DNA of 64,000 bases from the NCBI GenBank assembly GCA_002245135.1, contig NGBS01001173.1, positions 62,001 through 126,000 of the forward strand. Direction: 5' to 3'. Under the pieces are notes generated by a model. The model saw only the letters and a list, made by a program, of their open reading frames with translations. It was not told where the DNA came from and searched no databases. Shown piece by piece: positions 1 through 13,900 of the stretch; position 1 is the stretch's first letter, and each line of letters starts with the position of its first letter. This DNA comes from Proteromonas lacertae. Its lineage: Eukaryota. Position numbers and translations under genes: made by a program.

Positions 1-611
1 CTGATAATAATAATGGTGAGAATATATCAATATTGAAATTATATTCATTGCCTGGTGTATTGGTGATTAATTATAATTATAATCAAGGTAATATAAACTA
101 CAACAAAATCGATTTTTATGATATAAACAGTAAAACAGTTAAAGAATATGATTCAACGTTATATTATGATGTTGCTGGTGAATTACCACAATGTTTATAT
201 TATTATTTCAGGTATATTCGTCAAAGAGATTTATTCATTTGTATGTGCGGTTATCAAGCCGGAGTTTGTGTGTTTCAACATATTGATAATGAATGGAAAT
301 ATGCAGGATTAAGTGAATCATGTAATTATCAATTTTCTAGTGGATTTGGTGATGAAATACCTGAATATCCAGTTACTGTTATCTCTAATGTAGATTCAGA
401 TGATCCAAAGTTAATTAGAAATTGTATTGTTCTTAGGACTTTTAAATTATTCGTATTGGATTTATATGATAAGAGAAATAATGAAAATATTATTCCAGTT
501 CCTGAATGTGATGTAAAAATTGATTTTCCAAAACCAATGAAAAGTAATAATATTTCAAAACCATTAATACCAACACCATTATTTCCAAAACCAACAACAA
601 CAACAACAACA

Positions 612-643
<32 letters not shown>

Positions 644-2940
644 ATCTTCATCATTATTTCCACCAAAATCAACTTCAACCTTTAAACCAACATTTAATCC
701 AACAGTTAAACCGACTATATCTTCATCTAATAATACAAATACAAAACCAACAACTGTATTTTCTTCAATTCGATTAAAGTCTGAACCATCATCAATACCT
801 CATCAACAACCAGAATCAATAACTTTGAAGATCAAACATCCAATATTATTTGAAGATAAAAAGAAATCTGAACCAATCAAAACAATCCCTCAATTAACAC
901 CGAAATTAAATTTGGTTACTGATATTGATCCAAAAATTAAACCACCAGATTCTTTAATGTTATCTAATAGAGATAAAATGTTGTTTATTCATAATACATT
1001 TAAAGGAATCTTAAAGGAAATGGATAATATATTTACATCTACTGTTGATCCTTGCTTACTTGATAATACTGAGTTTATTGTTAATCATTTAATTGAGAAT
1101 AATAAAATAAGTGAAAAAATTGAAGAAATGAAGGATTGTGATTTGATTAAACAACAAGTAAAATCAATTACTAAAAAAATTGAAGATTTTGAAACTTATG
1201 TTGCAAGAATAGAAAAGACAAAATATAGTGGAAATAATAATGAAATATGTGAAGATTTATTACATACAATTCCATTTGATGCTTCTAATATGGTTCGAGA
1301 ATGTCAAATCTTAGTAAATGTATATATATTTTAATATTTATTTTATTTTTATTATAATAGAGAATTGATTGTAGATTAAAAAATATTGAAGATGAAATTG
1401 AACTATACAAAACATCTGCAAAAGAAGAGAATCCATTTGATAATACAAGCACTCGATTATATTTAAATAAAGCAAATGAATTAGCAGAAGAATTAAAGAA
1501 GCAATATCGTGATACAAAGGAAATGGCAAAGAAATTAAAAAGATTAGAAGATAATAGATTAAGAAAAGATAAATCAGTTCATGTGTTTGACTATAACAGT
1601 ATTATTCCATTATCAGTAAATGTTATACCTAAATATCCTAAAAAACAAATATCATTATTAAGAGATTATTTAAAGACAAAAATTAATAATCATACAGCAG
1701 TTAAACCAGAGAATTATAGTGGAAAAGATAAAGAGGATAAAGTAATAGAAAGTCACTATATTCATAAAGGAGTGAATGTTGAAACTGAGTTTGTATTTCC
1801 TAAAAAACCTGAAGCAACAACTGTTGTGAAGAAAATAGAAATTCCATTATCATCTAAAGCTATTCATAAAGAAACACCACCTCCATCTGTACCTCCTCCA
1901 ACATCATCATTATCATCATCATCTACTACAATGAAAGGAACAAATGATTATGGTGTAATGCCAATTGGTTCGACAAGCTCAAGTTCTAATATGTTTGTAT
2001 CAAAGCCATTTACTACTTCTACAACTTCAGCTACTACATCATCATTGAAAGATATTATTTCTAAACCAAAAGATAAAGGTATTGTTCCACCTCCTATTAC
2101 TACATCAACAACAACTAGTAGTAGTTCAAGCTTATTTAGCGGATTTACTGCATTTGGTTCAACAACAACAAAAACTACTGAAACAAAAGATGAAAAGAAG
2201 AAGAATGATTTAACATCAACAACTTCCACTTTATTTGGCATTCCAGCAACTCCAACAAAAAGTAATTCAAAGAAAGAAGATGACAAGAATAATGATGTTA
2301 ATGGTAGTGATGAAAGTGATGAAGAAGTGAATAACTTATTCAGTGGAAATTCAGCTAATCCATTATTTAGTGATAATACTGTTAATACACCAACCAATAA
2401 ATCAACACAACCATCATTATTGAATGATACAAAACCAATAGTTAATAATCTTCCACCTCCTTCTTCACCTCCACATCAACCAATAACAACAACAAATAAT
2501 AAAGCAGAAGCAAAACCTGATGATAAATCAAATAATAGTATGACATCATCACTATTTGCTAATCTAAGTGGTAATAATAATAATAATAGTAATAATAATA
2601 ATGCAAATCCTACACCAAATATATTTGGACAACCAAACAATAGTAATGACAATAATGATGAGAATCTATTTGGAACTACAGCTTTTGGACAATCAACCAA
2701 CAACAACAACAACAACAGTAATAATTCAATTGGATTTGGTACTAATGCAAACAATACAACAACTACAACTACTACTTGGGGAATTGGTAATAATAATAAT
2801 AAGTCTCCATTCTCAACTACTCCATTTGGTTCTAATACAAATAATAATAATAATAATGCATTTGGATCAACTGGATTTGGTACTTCCACTGCTAGTAATA
2901 ATACAAACTCATCTGTATTTGCATCTACAGGGTTTGGATC

Positions 2941-2972
<32 letters not shown>

Positions 2973-3646
2973 CCATCTTTGGAAGTGGTAGTTTTGGTAG
3001 TAATAATACAGCATCATCCACAACAACAGGTACAAGTTGGGGTATTGGTTCAACTAATAATAATAATAATAACAATCAAACTTCATCATCATCTGCATTT
3101 AGTAGTAATACAGCCAATGTATTTGGAGGAAATACTTCTACTACAAATAATAGCAATGTATTTGGTACTACAGGTTTTGGAAGTAATAAATTCTCATCTC
3201 CACCATCATCATCAACTACTACAACTGGTACTAGTTGGGGAATAAATAATAATAATAATAATAATGCTTCATCTACAGGATTGACATTTGGAACTACAAA
3301 TTGGGGGATTGGTTCAAACAGTAATAATACAAGTAATACAAGTTTTGGATCACCAGGTTTCTCAAGCCCAAAAACTCAAACATCGTGGGGAATAGGAAGT
3401 AGCAATACAAATTCAAATACATCAATGATTAATGGTGGATTAGGAAATATATTTGGTTCAAATAATAGTACCGATTTTAGAGGATGTTTAACATCTTTCT
3501 TCACAGCTAAAAAGCCAGAAAATGTTAGTAAGATTGATGCTTTAATAGCAAAACATGGAAAGAAGAGATTATTAGAAATGCTTACAGCCAAATATGGTGG
3601 ACCTACTGTCGGTCAATATTTCAGTAAATGTACTGAACAACTATAA
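1..3646 (+). CDS. FG-repeat nucleoporin, Nup214/Nup159-like (5' end outside window)
   Basis: ORFs 33-1334 and 1523-3646 join in frame through a phase-0 GT-AG intron at 1320-1360. The product has a beta-rich N-terminus, a central coiled-coil region, then an S/T/N-rich tail with many FG motifs (LFG, IFG, GFG, AFG) and a short helical C-terminal domain. This order matches Nup214. Confidence 0.65.
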
Positions 3647-3740
3647 TACAGTTAAATTTCTATTTTTGTTTTATTTGTTTTTGTATTATTTCATAAAAAC
3701 ATTTTAAATATATATAATTGATACATTACTTTAAAAAATG

Positions 3741-5221
3741 TTAGATACAACAAAATGTTTCTTCAATTAAACTACTATATTCATCATCTTCAAATTCTTC
3801 ATCTTCATCTTTATCATAGATAATAATCATTCTACTTCCATACTTTGTCTTTGACATTTTTTGTCTGAATACTAATATGGCGATGTTTAATTGATTAAAA
3901 AAATCCTATTACAATTAATAATGATGAAAAAGATAAAATAATACATATAATGTTAAATGTAAAACTGATAATATGAAATTACCAAATATCATAAAAAACA
4001 AATACAATAATGAAATACCTCTTTTACATACACTATTTCCAGTTGTAAAAGAACACTAAATTATATAGAATAAAGATATAATAGAATTATACTTGATCAG
4101 TATTCATCAAATCTGTACAACATTTAGTAAATGTTTCAGTTGTATTAATAGAATTAGGAACAAATAATAAATATATGTTTAATACAAATAGTAAAACTAT
4201 AATAAAGTAAAATACATAAGTATAATCGTCATAATTGTAAATCACAAAAGGAAATTCATATTTAACATTCACATAAGTAAATATAACCATCATAACCATA
4301 TAAAAAGCCAAAGAATAACAAATGAAAGATGAAATCAATCCATAACCAAATGTACTACTTTGATATAACAAACAAGAAACAATAATAATTTGCAAGAACA
4401 ATACTCCATATAAACAATATGAAATATATTTCTTTCTACTATAAGCTTGTCTTAATGATATTCTCCTTTCTCCTATATAATCCAAACAAGTTGTTTTATT
4501 CTCATCACTTACACTATAGTCACTGTCATCACTGTCATTATAATTATTACTATTATCATCCAATTGATCAATTATTTTACCTTCTCTGTATAACATGAAA
4601 TAAGTAACTTTATAATAGAAATAGAGACATATTATATAAACTAAGAAACTTATTGAAACACCCATTGTTTCTTTGAAATATAATCCTTTTAATGCATAAA
4701 GAGAATATTCTGATTTTGAACAATAGCCATAAGGCGAAAATTGGAAATTACCACAGGCTGCTGTTGAATTTCTTACATCTTCTGGACCAGAACAACAGAG
4801 ACTGAATATATTATCGATTTGACTAGTATTTTTTGCGAAATGAAGTGACATCATTAGCACTGCATTTAATACAAGATATAATGAAAATATAGATATCACA
4901 ACGAATGGAGCTATTCTTTTACGAAGAATATTTTTCTCACATCCATATACGGCTGGAATAAAATACACAATCATTACAACAAATATCACCAATGCATTTA
5001 TGGAGATTGAATTTAATGATATATGATAGTCTATAGCATATATAAGTATTTCTTAATAAATACCAGTCTTGTAACTTATAATAGAATAAATCAAAGTGTA
5101 ATAAAGACATTTATAGCAAGAAATCTAAAGTTAATATATTGTAATATACAGCCATTATGACAACAATAAATAACTGTGGAAAACTTCTAGGATAATGTTT
5201 AGATGCATTTGTTCTATTCAT
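3741..5221 (-). CDS. Multi-pass membrane protein of unknown function
   Basis: ATG at 5221. Four short GT-AG introns join the flanking exons in frame to ORF 4087-4992. It has several hydrophobic segments, Cys-rich loops and an acidic C-terminus ending ...EETFCCI* at 3741. Confidence 0.6.
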
Positions 5222-5443
5222 AGAATATATAAATGATTTATATGAATATTTCTATACTGTCTTAAAGCCATATTTTGAAATATAAAATCCTATTAAAGAT
5301 TTAAAAAACAAAATTTGAAATGTATAACGAACAAATTGTGAAACGAATATATTTTCATTATTTTCAAAAACATCATAATAAACAATGATTTCATTTAAAA
5401 ATGTATAAATACTTAACTAGATTTTTATTCAATAAAAATCTAA

Positions 5444-6432
5444 TTAGTTACTGTTATTAATACTTCCTGATTGCAATATTATTGGTGTAGACGGCGTGCT
5501 ATTACTTATCATAGGTGAATCAAGTATCATTGATTTATTATTACTATTATTAACAATTAAAGGAGATTGGAATGATTTTATTGATTCTATAGACTGTGGA
5601 GTGTTTATTTGTTTGATTTCATTAATATTATGGAGGAGAATTGTATAATAATATTGATGAATTTACTGATTCTGCTGTGGTAATATCAGGAGATTGAGGA
5701 TGGGGAGGTGTAGTAGGGTTTTGAGTATTTATGTAATTAAAATTACTATTATTGGTGGTATAAGTGTATTTCTTTGATTTTAATTTATCATATTTATGCC
5801 TTATATTCTTTACAATTTCTTTGGGATCAAAAATTCCTTGAGATTTCAGAATTTCTACTTTCTTACTTAAGGAAGAGTTCCAGTGGTTTTTAATTGCATT
5901 ATCTGTCCTTCCATTGAGCTCTTTTGCTATTTCTGCCCACTTGTTACCACTGATATCATGCATTTCTATAATTATTTCATCTTCTTTCTCGCTCCAGGGT
6001 TCTTTACATACATCTGGTGATAAATGATTATGCCATCTTTCTCTACATTGTTTACCTATTCTGCCTGGCAGATGATTTGCTATTACGCTCCATTTCTTAG
6101 CTCCATATTCTGAAACATACTTCACCAGCAACGCATCCTCCTATAGATAGATAATTTGTAATTAAAATACAGATTCTGACCAAGGTCCTTTATAAAGAGT
6201 GGGATTAAGTACTTTCTGCCATCGATGAAGACATTGAACTTCATTTTTGTTTTGGAAGTAAGATGCAATCTTCTTCCAATTTTTGTATTCGTTATCTTCA
6301 ACTGCTTGCTTTAGAATTTCATCTTCTTCTGCAGTCCATTTTGTTCTCTGATGGTTTACTATATTTTGCTTATTTCTAACATTTAGACCTTTTAAAATAA
6401 TACATTGTTGTAGAATTCTTAATAGAATCCAT
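5444..6432 (-). CDS. Three-repeat (R1R2R3) Myb transcription factor
   Basis: R1 [14 protein letters not shown]...[13 protein letters not shown]2 [16 protein letters not shown]...[13 protein letters not shown]3 [10 protein letters not shown]...[16 protein letters not shown] at 6432 with two small introns. There is an internal TAA at 5628-5630, followed by an open +1 frame (SP/TP-rich) to TAA at 5444. Confidence 0.9.
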
Positions 6433-6655
6433 ATTATACTGTTATTCCACACAAAAATGCAGATTAGGGATATTCAGATGTTGTATATCGTAGTGATAAT
6501 ACTAGCTTCGTTCTAAATGATTTATAGAGTGAGAAAAATAAATCAAAAAACGTTAAAAAAGCGGGAAATGCAGTTTAAAAATTACATAACTGACATGTGA
6601 AAAACATACATAAAGCTAATACAAAACAAAATATTTATCGAATAATATAATAACA

Positions 6656-7238
6656 TTAAGCTACAGACCTTTCGGCACATTTTCGAACCATTCTACGATA
6701 TTGCTTCTGATCTGTTGTATAAAGCTAAAATCAATAAAAAAATAACTATCTATACTCTTGCAGCATCTGGATTAGCAGGTGAATCAGGATTTGGATCAGT
6801 GAGTAAACTCTGATTAAAAAATAAATAATAAAAATTGTAAATACTTGTATGGATGTAAGAATTGAACTTACAGTATAGATTGGCGACCATTTCTTTTGAA
6901 TAATATCTAGACAAATTGATCCATCCGGGAATACTACAAAAAATAAATTGAAATGAACATACTATTTGGGTGATACATTTGAGTAATAAATCTAATCTTT
7001 GGTGGACAATCAGGGTAGTTTTCAGGAAATATCATATTTAAATTGTAAACACCTCCTTCCCAAGGACTTTCATCTGGACCTATTATTGTTGCATTCCACA
7101 CTAATAAATTTTCATCGCTTATTGGTTGAGCAGATATTCCCTAATATAACTAAATGAATGAATAGATACTGCTGGTGGATCAAAAGCCATAGCTTTTAGA
7201 TCATTTTTCAATCTCATAACTGCTGTATGTGATGTCAT
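6656..7238 (-). CDS. UBC2: Ubiquitin-conjugating enzyme E2, Rad6/UBE2A-like
   Basis: Missed by the ORF track (5 exons). Spliced: [29 protein letters not shown]...[10 protein letters not shown]...[52 protein letters not shown]...RKCAERSVA*. The HPN motif and catalytic Cys are intact. Confidence 0.9.
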
Positions 7239-7426
7239 GGCAAATATTGTATTTAAATATTAAATATTAATTGTGAAACTAAGAAGAATTTAATAAAACT
7301 AAAATTTATAAAAATCAAATCAAGCCTAATTATATCCGTTTCATAATGTATTTTTCAATTTTTTTAAACAACAAAGACTATAATGACATTATTAATAATA
7401 ATAAGATATTATGAGAAACTCCATTC

Positions 7427-10354
7427 TTATAATGGATAGGATATTGGTGGTAAAGCAGTATGACATTCTTTACAACAAACTTCAGTATTTGCTTCAAGGA
7501 TATTCATCTTATCACACGATCTACATTTCACAACATACATAATATGAGGATCATACACTTCTTTGTTTTTCTTCACTCTATTACACTTAGCGTTTGTCAT
7601 AGTTCCACAGGATAAGCATTTCCAAGCTTTTCTTTGTTTAAAATCACTATATGGTAGTTCTGTACCACAATAACATCTTGGCGTATCCTCAGGAACTTCA
7701 ATATCGTCATACATCACAGAGTCATCTTCACTTCTCACATTATTATCTTTCCAAATGAACATTCTATAAAATGAACAAATTTGACAGCTAACTTCACAAA
7801 CAACATACAATTGCTTAGGATCAGGGTGATAAGAACAAAGAGGACAAGTTATAGCCAAATAATGTAACTGATCTTTGGCTTGACATGGACAAGCCAATAC
7901 ATATTTATTTGTTTCTAACGGTAATCCAGCTTTTTTGATATTCAAAGCTGATGGAGTTCTACAAGGCATAATACTGATATTATCATTTAATAATGAAGAA
8001 TATAAATCCTTTGGCATATTCTCTTTTGGAATAATTTCATCATTTTCACTTTCTTCTTCATCTTCATCACCTTTTATACCTTTCATTTGTTGTTTCATTT
8101 GATTCATATAAGTACATAATGTTTCTGGATTTTCATTATTATTGATACTCATTAAAAATGATATTTCATTACTATAAATCCTTAAAATATTAGGAGTCCA
8201 AGCTGATACGATTTGTTGAAATGGAATAGTTAATAATAACATATTATTATCATCATTATTAGCATCAAATGATGAAATAAATAACGATTCATTATCTACT
8301 TCTAATGATAGTGTAGAAACTCCATTAAACTTATCATTATTATTACTATACCAAATTAAATCTCCAATTATTTGATTCACTTTGTCACTTGTAAGAATAG
8401 TGGAGTTGTTACTACTATCAATTGATGGTTTGAATGGTAATTGAGTTTGTTGTAAGAACGTATCAACTGGATTATCTTCATTATAACTTTTTTCATCATA
8501 TTCAACATAACCATCGTTAAATATACAGTTTTGAAGTGGAGCATAATCAGTATAGATACCAATACCATCAACATTAGAAAAGAAATGAAGATGATAGGAT
8601 AAAACAATATTTTTAATTTTATTGCTGTTAGTTTTTAAAGTAACTTTTACATCTTTATCTTCTACGAGTGGTATTAAGTCAACAAGTGGGATTTTATATT
8701 CTGCAAATAGTTTTTCATCTTTCAATATACGTATATTGAAAATATTCTTTTTATCATTAAACACATCACCTATACTATCATATTCTAAATCAATCTCTTT
8801 ATCATCACTTATAAAAGTAATGGATTTATTCTTTATATCAGAAGAATAGACATTGTATTCTACTTTCTCACAATTCATATTTGCTTCAATAATAAATCCA
8901 TCGAAATCATTTGTGATGTTTTGAATTGTTAAATCAGTCAATCTACCACATATCTTCTTCTTTATAACAACATCAGTACTGAAAGTCACTTTAACGATTT
9001 CATTTTCATGATAGCTATTCAATTGACAGGAATAACTCACTGGACCACTGAAAAGGTTATGCAAAGAGATCTGAAAATTGCCATAACAATATTCACCTTC
9101 TTCATTATTATATACTTCCATATTTAAATACTGGTTTGTAAATAAGTATGGAGTAAATGAATTGATTAATGGTAGTTTAATATCTTTACCATTTGATGTA
9201 AATGATCCTGTCTTTTTATCACCTGATTCTAAAGGTTTTAAACCGGTTGTAGTATCATTAATATAGAATAATATTGAACAACTAGTTGGGATTTCATCTT
9301 GTGAAATAATACATTCTATATCTTTGATAGATATACTTATCTTTATTGGATATTTTGTATTTGTTAGCATTGATCCTGGTGGTAAACATTGCGGTTCAAA
9401 TATTGACAGTTTATTATTTTTACTTCTTATACTTAATGAGTCAGACATTATATCAGCTATTTGAATATCTGTAAAGATATTTTTACCATCTTTATATGTA
9501 TGTAAACCTTTAAAACATTGCAAATATTTTGGTAAACCAGTAATTGAACCATGTAATTCAAATTGATAGGTTGGAGTTTCTACAGTTTCTCCATTTTCAT
9601 CGGTTGTATAAAATGTAAAATGATCTTGAATTATAAGTTCAGGATATTCATCCACTATATTCAAATAATAATCTCCTAATGATTCTGATGTATTTGCATT
9701 GATTAATGCTATTTTTAAGATTGGATTGGATATAATATCTTGAAAACAGATTGATCCAGATAATTCAGGAAGATAATCAGCTTGAGCATTCCATATTGCA
9801 TTTGGGTCGGATTGAGATGATATTACATCACTTTCACATTGCTCATGAGTTAAGCTTTGTATTTCAAACTGTAGTTTGATTTGTTCAACATCTAAATTGT
9901 CAATTTGTATAGTGTCTGGTTTGAAGAGTAAATTGGAGTATTCTAATGCTAAACACTTTAATGCTACATAATAATGCATATTTACATCACAATGACTTAA
10001 ATAACATACATTATTTTGAGGACCTAGAAATAGTGTGCTTAGTGAAACTTGTACATCACCTAAACATTCTTCTTGTTCAGTACCATTGATACCACGCAAC
10101 TCAATTCTTAAAAATAAGTTGTCTAAAGTGTTATAGTCATAATCAAAGTGTTTGTAAGTCAAACTCTCTTTAAATGGAACAAGCAATGCTTTATTAGGCA
10201 CAGAAGTAATATGTGACCTAAATGGAAGGTAGTTTGGGAATGACACTATGAAGTAACACTCATTGTATGGAATTGCTTCATCAGATTGAAGGGTTATATC
10301 AGAAACTAATTATGTATATACAGAATTCATACATTTGATGTGAAAATAAGACAT
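7427..10354 (-). CDS. Protein with probable multiple C2-like beta domains and C-terminal CxxC zinc ribbons
   Basis: ATG at 10354, a 27-nt intron at 10306-10332, then a long ORF. C2-like segments recur (LRIELRG...CLGDVQVSLSTL; LNMEVYN...YGNFQISLHNL). The C-terminus has CPLC, CQIC, CYC, CLSC, CRSC and CKEC. Confidence 0.55.
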
Positions 10355-10430
10355 TATGAAAAAGTCAAATATTTGAAATTTTTGTATCAAGCCAAATATC
10401 TTTAGAAAGTTTTTAAAACTGATTATTTCG

Positions 10431-10711
10431 ATGAACATCGAAAATAATCAAAATCAGAAACATAGAAATCATCATGTATATTATTCTTTATATTTTTATT
10501 AAAGAAACATCATCATACAAGCAAGATTGATAATGAAAAGGATTTAGAAAAGTATCGTGATGAGTATAAAAAACAAGTAGATTATGCAAAAGAATTGTTA
10601 ATGAAGTTATTACCTGATTTGAATAAGAAATACACTCAGAAATTGGACAACAGAAATAATTCATCAAATGGGTTATTATACACACATAGTAATGGGAATA
10701 ACCAAGATTAG
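10431..10711 (+). CDS. Small (~83 aa) protein paralogous to the N-terminal domain of the adjacent giant repeat protein
   Basis: Exons 10431-10475 and 10505-10711 with a 29-nt GT-AG intron. It encodes DLEKYRDEYKKQVDYAKELLMKLLPDLNKKY, similar to ELEQYRDQYINQVRYAKDLFMRLLPGLRDKY in the next gene. Confidence 0.6.
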
Positions 10712-10912
10712 TTGAGAATTACAGAATATTTGTGATTCTCTGGTATATTTTGTAATTATAGTTGTATATAATTGTACTGATAATAATACTAATATAATAA
10801 ATTAAATAATGGATATTTATGAGAATATGTTGTTTAGAAAAATTTTAAAATGAAAAATTCATCAGTTACAAAACGAGTATATTTTTTTATAAAAGATTTT
10901 TTATTTTTGAGA

Positions 10913-13900
10913 ATGAATATGGATGAAAGTGGAGTCACTGTTCTTCCAAGAGCACTATCAGATGTATATTTATTAATAACAATATATTTAGAATCATTTG
11001 CGTTTATCTGATGCACATAGTGTTCAAGAACTCGAACAATATAGAGACCAATATATTAACCAAGTAAGATACGCTAAAGATCTTTTTATGCGTTTATTGC
11101 CTGGTTTAAGAGATAAATATCATCCAAGAAGATACTCGTATGATGTATTTCTTATACCTTTATAGATATTCTTCATCATCTTCTTCACAATCTGTAGATA
11201 ATTCCGACTATTCACCTGAAGAAGACGAAATAGGTGTTATTGAGTTAAATGAAAGTGATTTTGTAGAACCACAACAGAATAACAAACTAAATTCTATATA
11301 CTTATTCGATGAAGATAAGGTAATGGATTTACCTCTTCTATATGTCAATAATTACAAAGAAAATAATAATGACTATGATAGCATTTATGATGATGACCAT
11401 AGTGATGATGACTATTCTGAAATAACAGAAATAGAGCCAGATCCATGTTATTTATATGATGAAGATAAAGTAATGGATTTACCAATAATCTATAATAACG
11501 AAAAAGATGAGAATGATGAATTATTAAAGAATGAGTTATTAGAAGGTGATGAATTATTACCTAAAGAAGAAGAAGAAGAAGAAGAAAGTATAAAAGAGAA
11601 TGATGTAGATCCATGTTATTTATATGATGAAGATAAAGTAATGGATTTACCAATAATCTATAATAACGAAAAAGATGAGAATGATGAATTATTAAAGAAT
11701 GAGTTATTAGAAGGTGATGAATTATTACCTAAAGAAGAAGAAGAAGAAGAAGAAAGTATAAAAGAGAATGATGTAGATCCATGTTATTTATATGATGAAG
11801 ATAAAGTAATGGATTTACCAATAATCTATAATAACGAAAAAGATGAGAATGATGAATTATTAAAGAATGAGTTATTAGAAGGTGATGAATTATTACCTAA
11901 AGAAGAAGAAGAAGAAGAAAGTATAAAAGAGAATGATGTAGATCCATGTTATTTATATGATGAAGATAAAGTAATGGATTTACCAATAATCTATAATAAC
12001 GAAAAAGATGAGAATGATGAATTATTAAAGAATGAGTTATTAGAAGGTGATGAATTATTACCTAAAGAAGAAGAAGAAGAAAGTATAAAAGAGAATGATG
12101 TAGATCCATGTTATTTATATGATGAAGATAAAGTAATGGATTTACCAATAATCTATAATAACGAAAAAGATGAGAATGATGAATTATTAAAGAATGAGTT
12201 ATTAGAAGGTGATGAATTATTACCTAAAGAAGAAGAAGAAGAAGAAGAAAGTATAAAAGAGAATGATGTAGATCCATGTTATTTATATGATGAAGATAAA
12301 GTAATGGATTTACCAATAATCTATAATAACGAAAAAGATGAGAATGATGAATTATTAAAGAATGAGTTATTAGAAGGTGATGAATTATTACCTAAAGAAG
12401 AAGAAGAAGAAAGTATAAAAGAGAATGATATAGATCCATGTTATTTATATGATGAAGATAAAGTAATGGATTTACCAATAATCTATAATAACGAAAAAGA
12501 TGAGAATGATGAATTATTAAAGAATGAGTTATTAGAAGGTGATGAATTATTACCTAAAGAAGAAGAAGAAGAAGAAAGTATAAAAGAGAATGATATAGAT
12601 CCATGTTATTTATATGATGAAGATAAAGTAATGGATTTACCAATAATCTATAATAACGAAAAAGATGAGAATGATGAATTATTAAAGAATGAGTTATTAG
12701 AAGGTGATGAATTATTACCTAAAGAAGAAGAAGAAGAAGAAGAAAGTATAAAAGAGAATGATGTAGATCCATGTTATTTATATGATGAAGATAAAGTAAT
12801 GGATTTACCAATAATCTATAATAACGAAAAAGATGAGAATGATGAATTATTAAAGAATGAGTTATTAGAAGGTGATGAATTATTACCTAAAGAAGAAGAA
12901 GAAGAAGAAGAAAGTATAAAAGAGAATGATGTAGATCCATGTTATTTATATGATGAAGATAAAGTAATGGATTTACCAATAATCTATAATAACGAAAAAG
13001 ATGAGAATGATGAATTATTAAAGAATGAGTTATTAGAAGGTGATGAATTATTACCTAAAGAAGAAGAAGAAGAAGAAGAAAGTATAAAAGAGAATGATGT
13101 AGATCCATGTTATTTATATGATGAAGATAAAGTAATGGATTTACCAATAATCTATAATAACGAAAAAGATGAGAATGATGAATTATTAAAGAATGAGTTA
13201 TTAGAAGGTGATGAATTATTACCTAAAGAAGAAGAAGAAGAAGAAGAAAGTATAAAAGAGAATGATGTAGATCCATGTTATTTATATGATGAAGATAAAG
13301 TAATGGATTTACCAATAATCTATAATAACGAAAAAGATGAGAATGATGAATTATTAAAGAATGAGTTATTAGAAGGTGATGAATTATTACCTAAAGAAGA
13401 AGAAGAAGAAAGTATAAAAGAGAATGATGTAGATCCATGTTATTTATATGATGAAGATAAAGTAATGGATTTACCAATAATCTATAATAACGAAAAAGAT
13501 GAGAATGATGAATTATTAAAGAATGAGTTATTAGAAGGTGATGAATTATTACCTAAAGAAGAAGAAGAAGAAAGTATAAAAGAGAATGATGTAGATCCAT
13601 GTTATTTATATGATGAAGATAAAGTAATGGATTTACCAATAATCTATAATAACGAAAAAGATGAGAATGATGAATTATTAAAGAATGAGTTATTAGAAGG
13701 TGATGAATTATTACCTAAAGAAGAAGAAGAAGAAGAAGAAAGTATAAAAGAGAATGATGTAGATCCATGTTATTTATATGATGAAGATAAAGTAATGGAT
13801 TTACCAATAATCTATAATAACGAAAAAGATGAGAATGATGAATTATTAAAGAATGAGTTATTAGAAGGTGATGAATTATTACCTAAAGAGAAGAAGAAGA

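Noticed and set aside
1948..3591. Antisense and alternate-frame hydrophobic ORFs (also 33310-33735, 38120-39139, 50900-51121)
   Set aside because: They are shadows of N/T/S-rich low-complexity coding sequence on the real strand.
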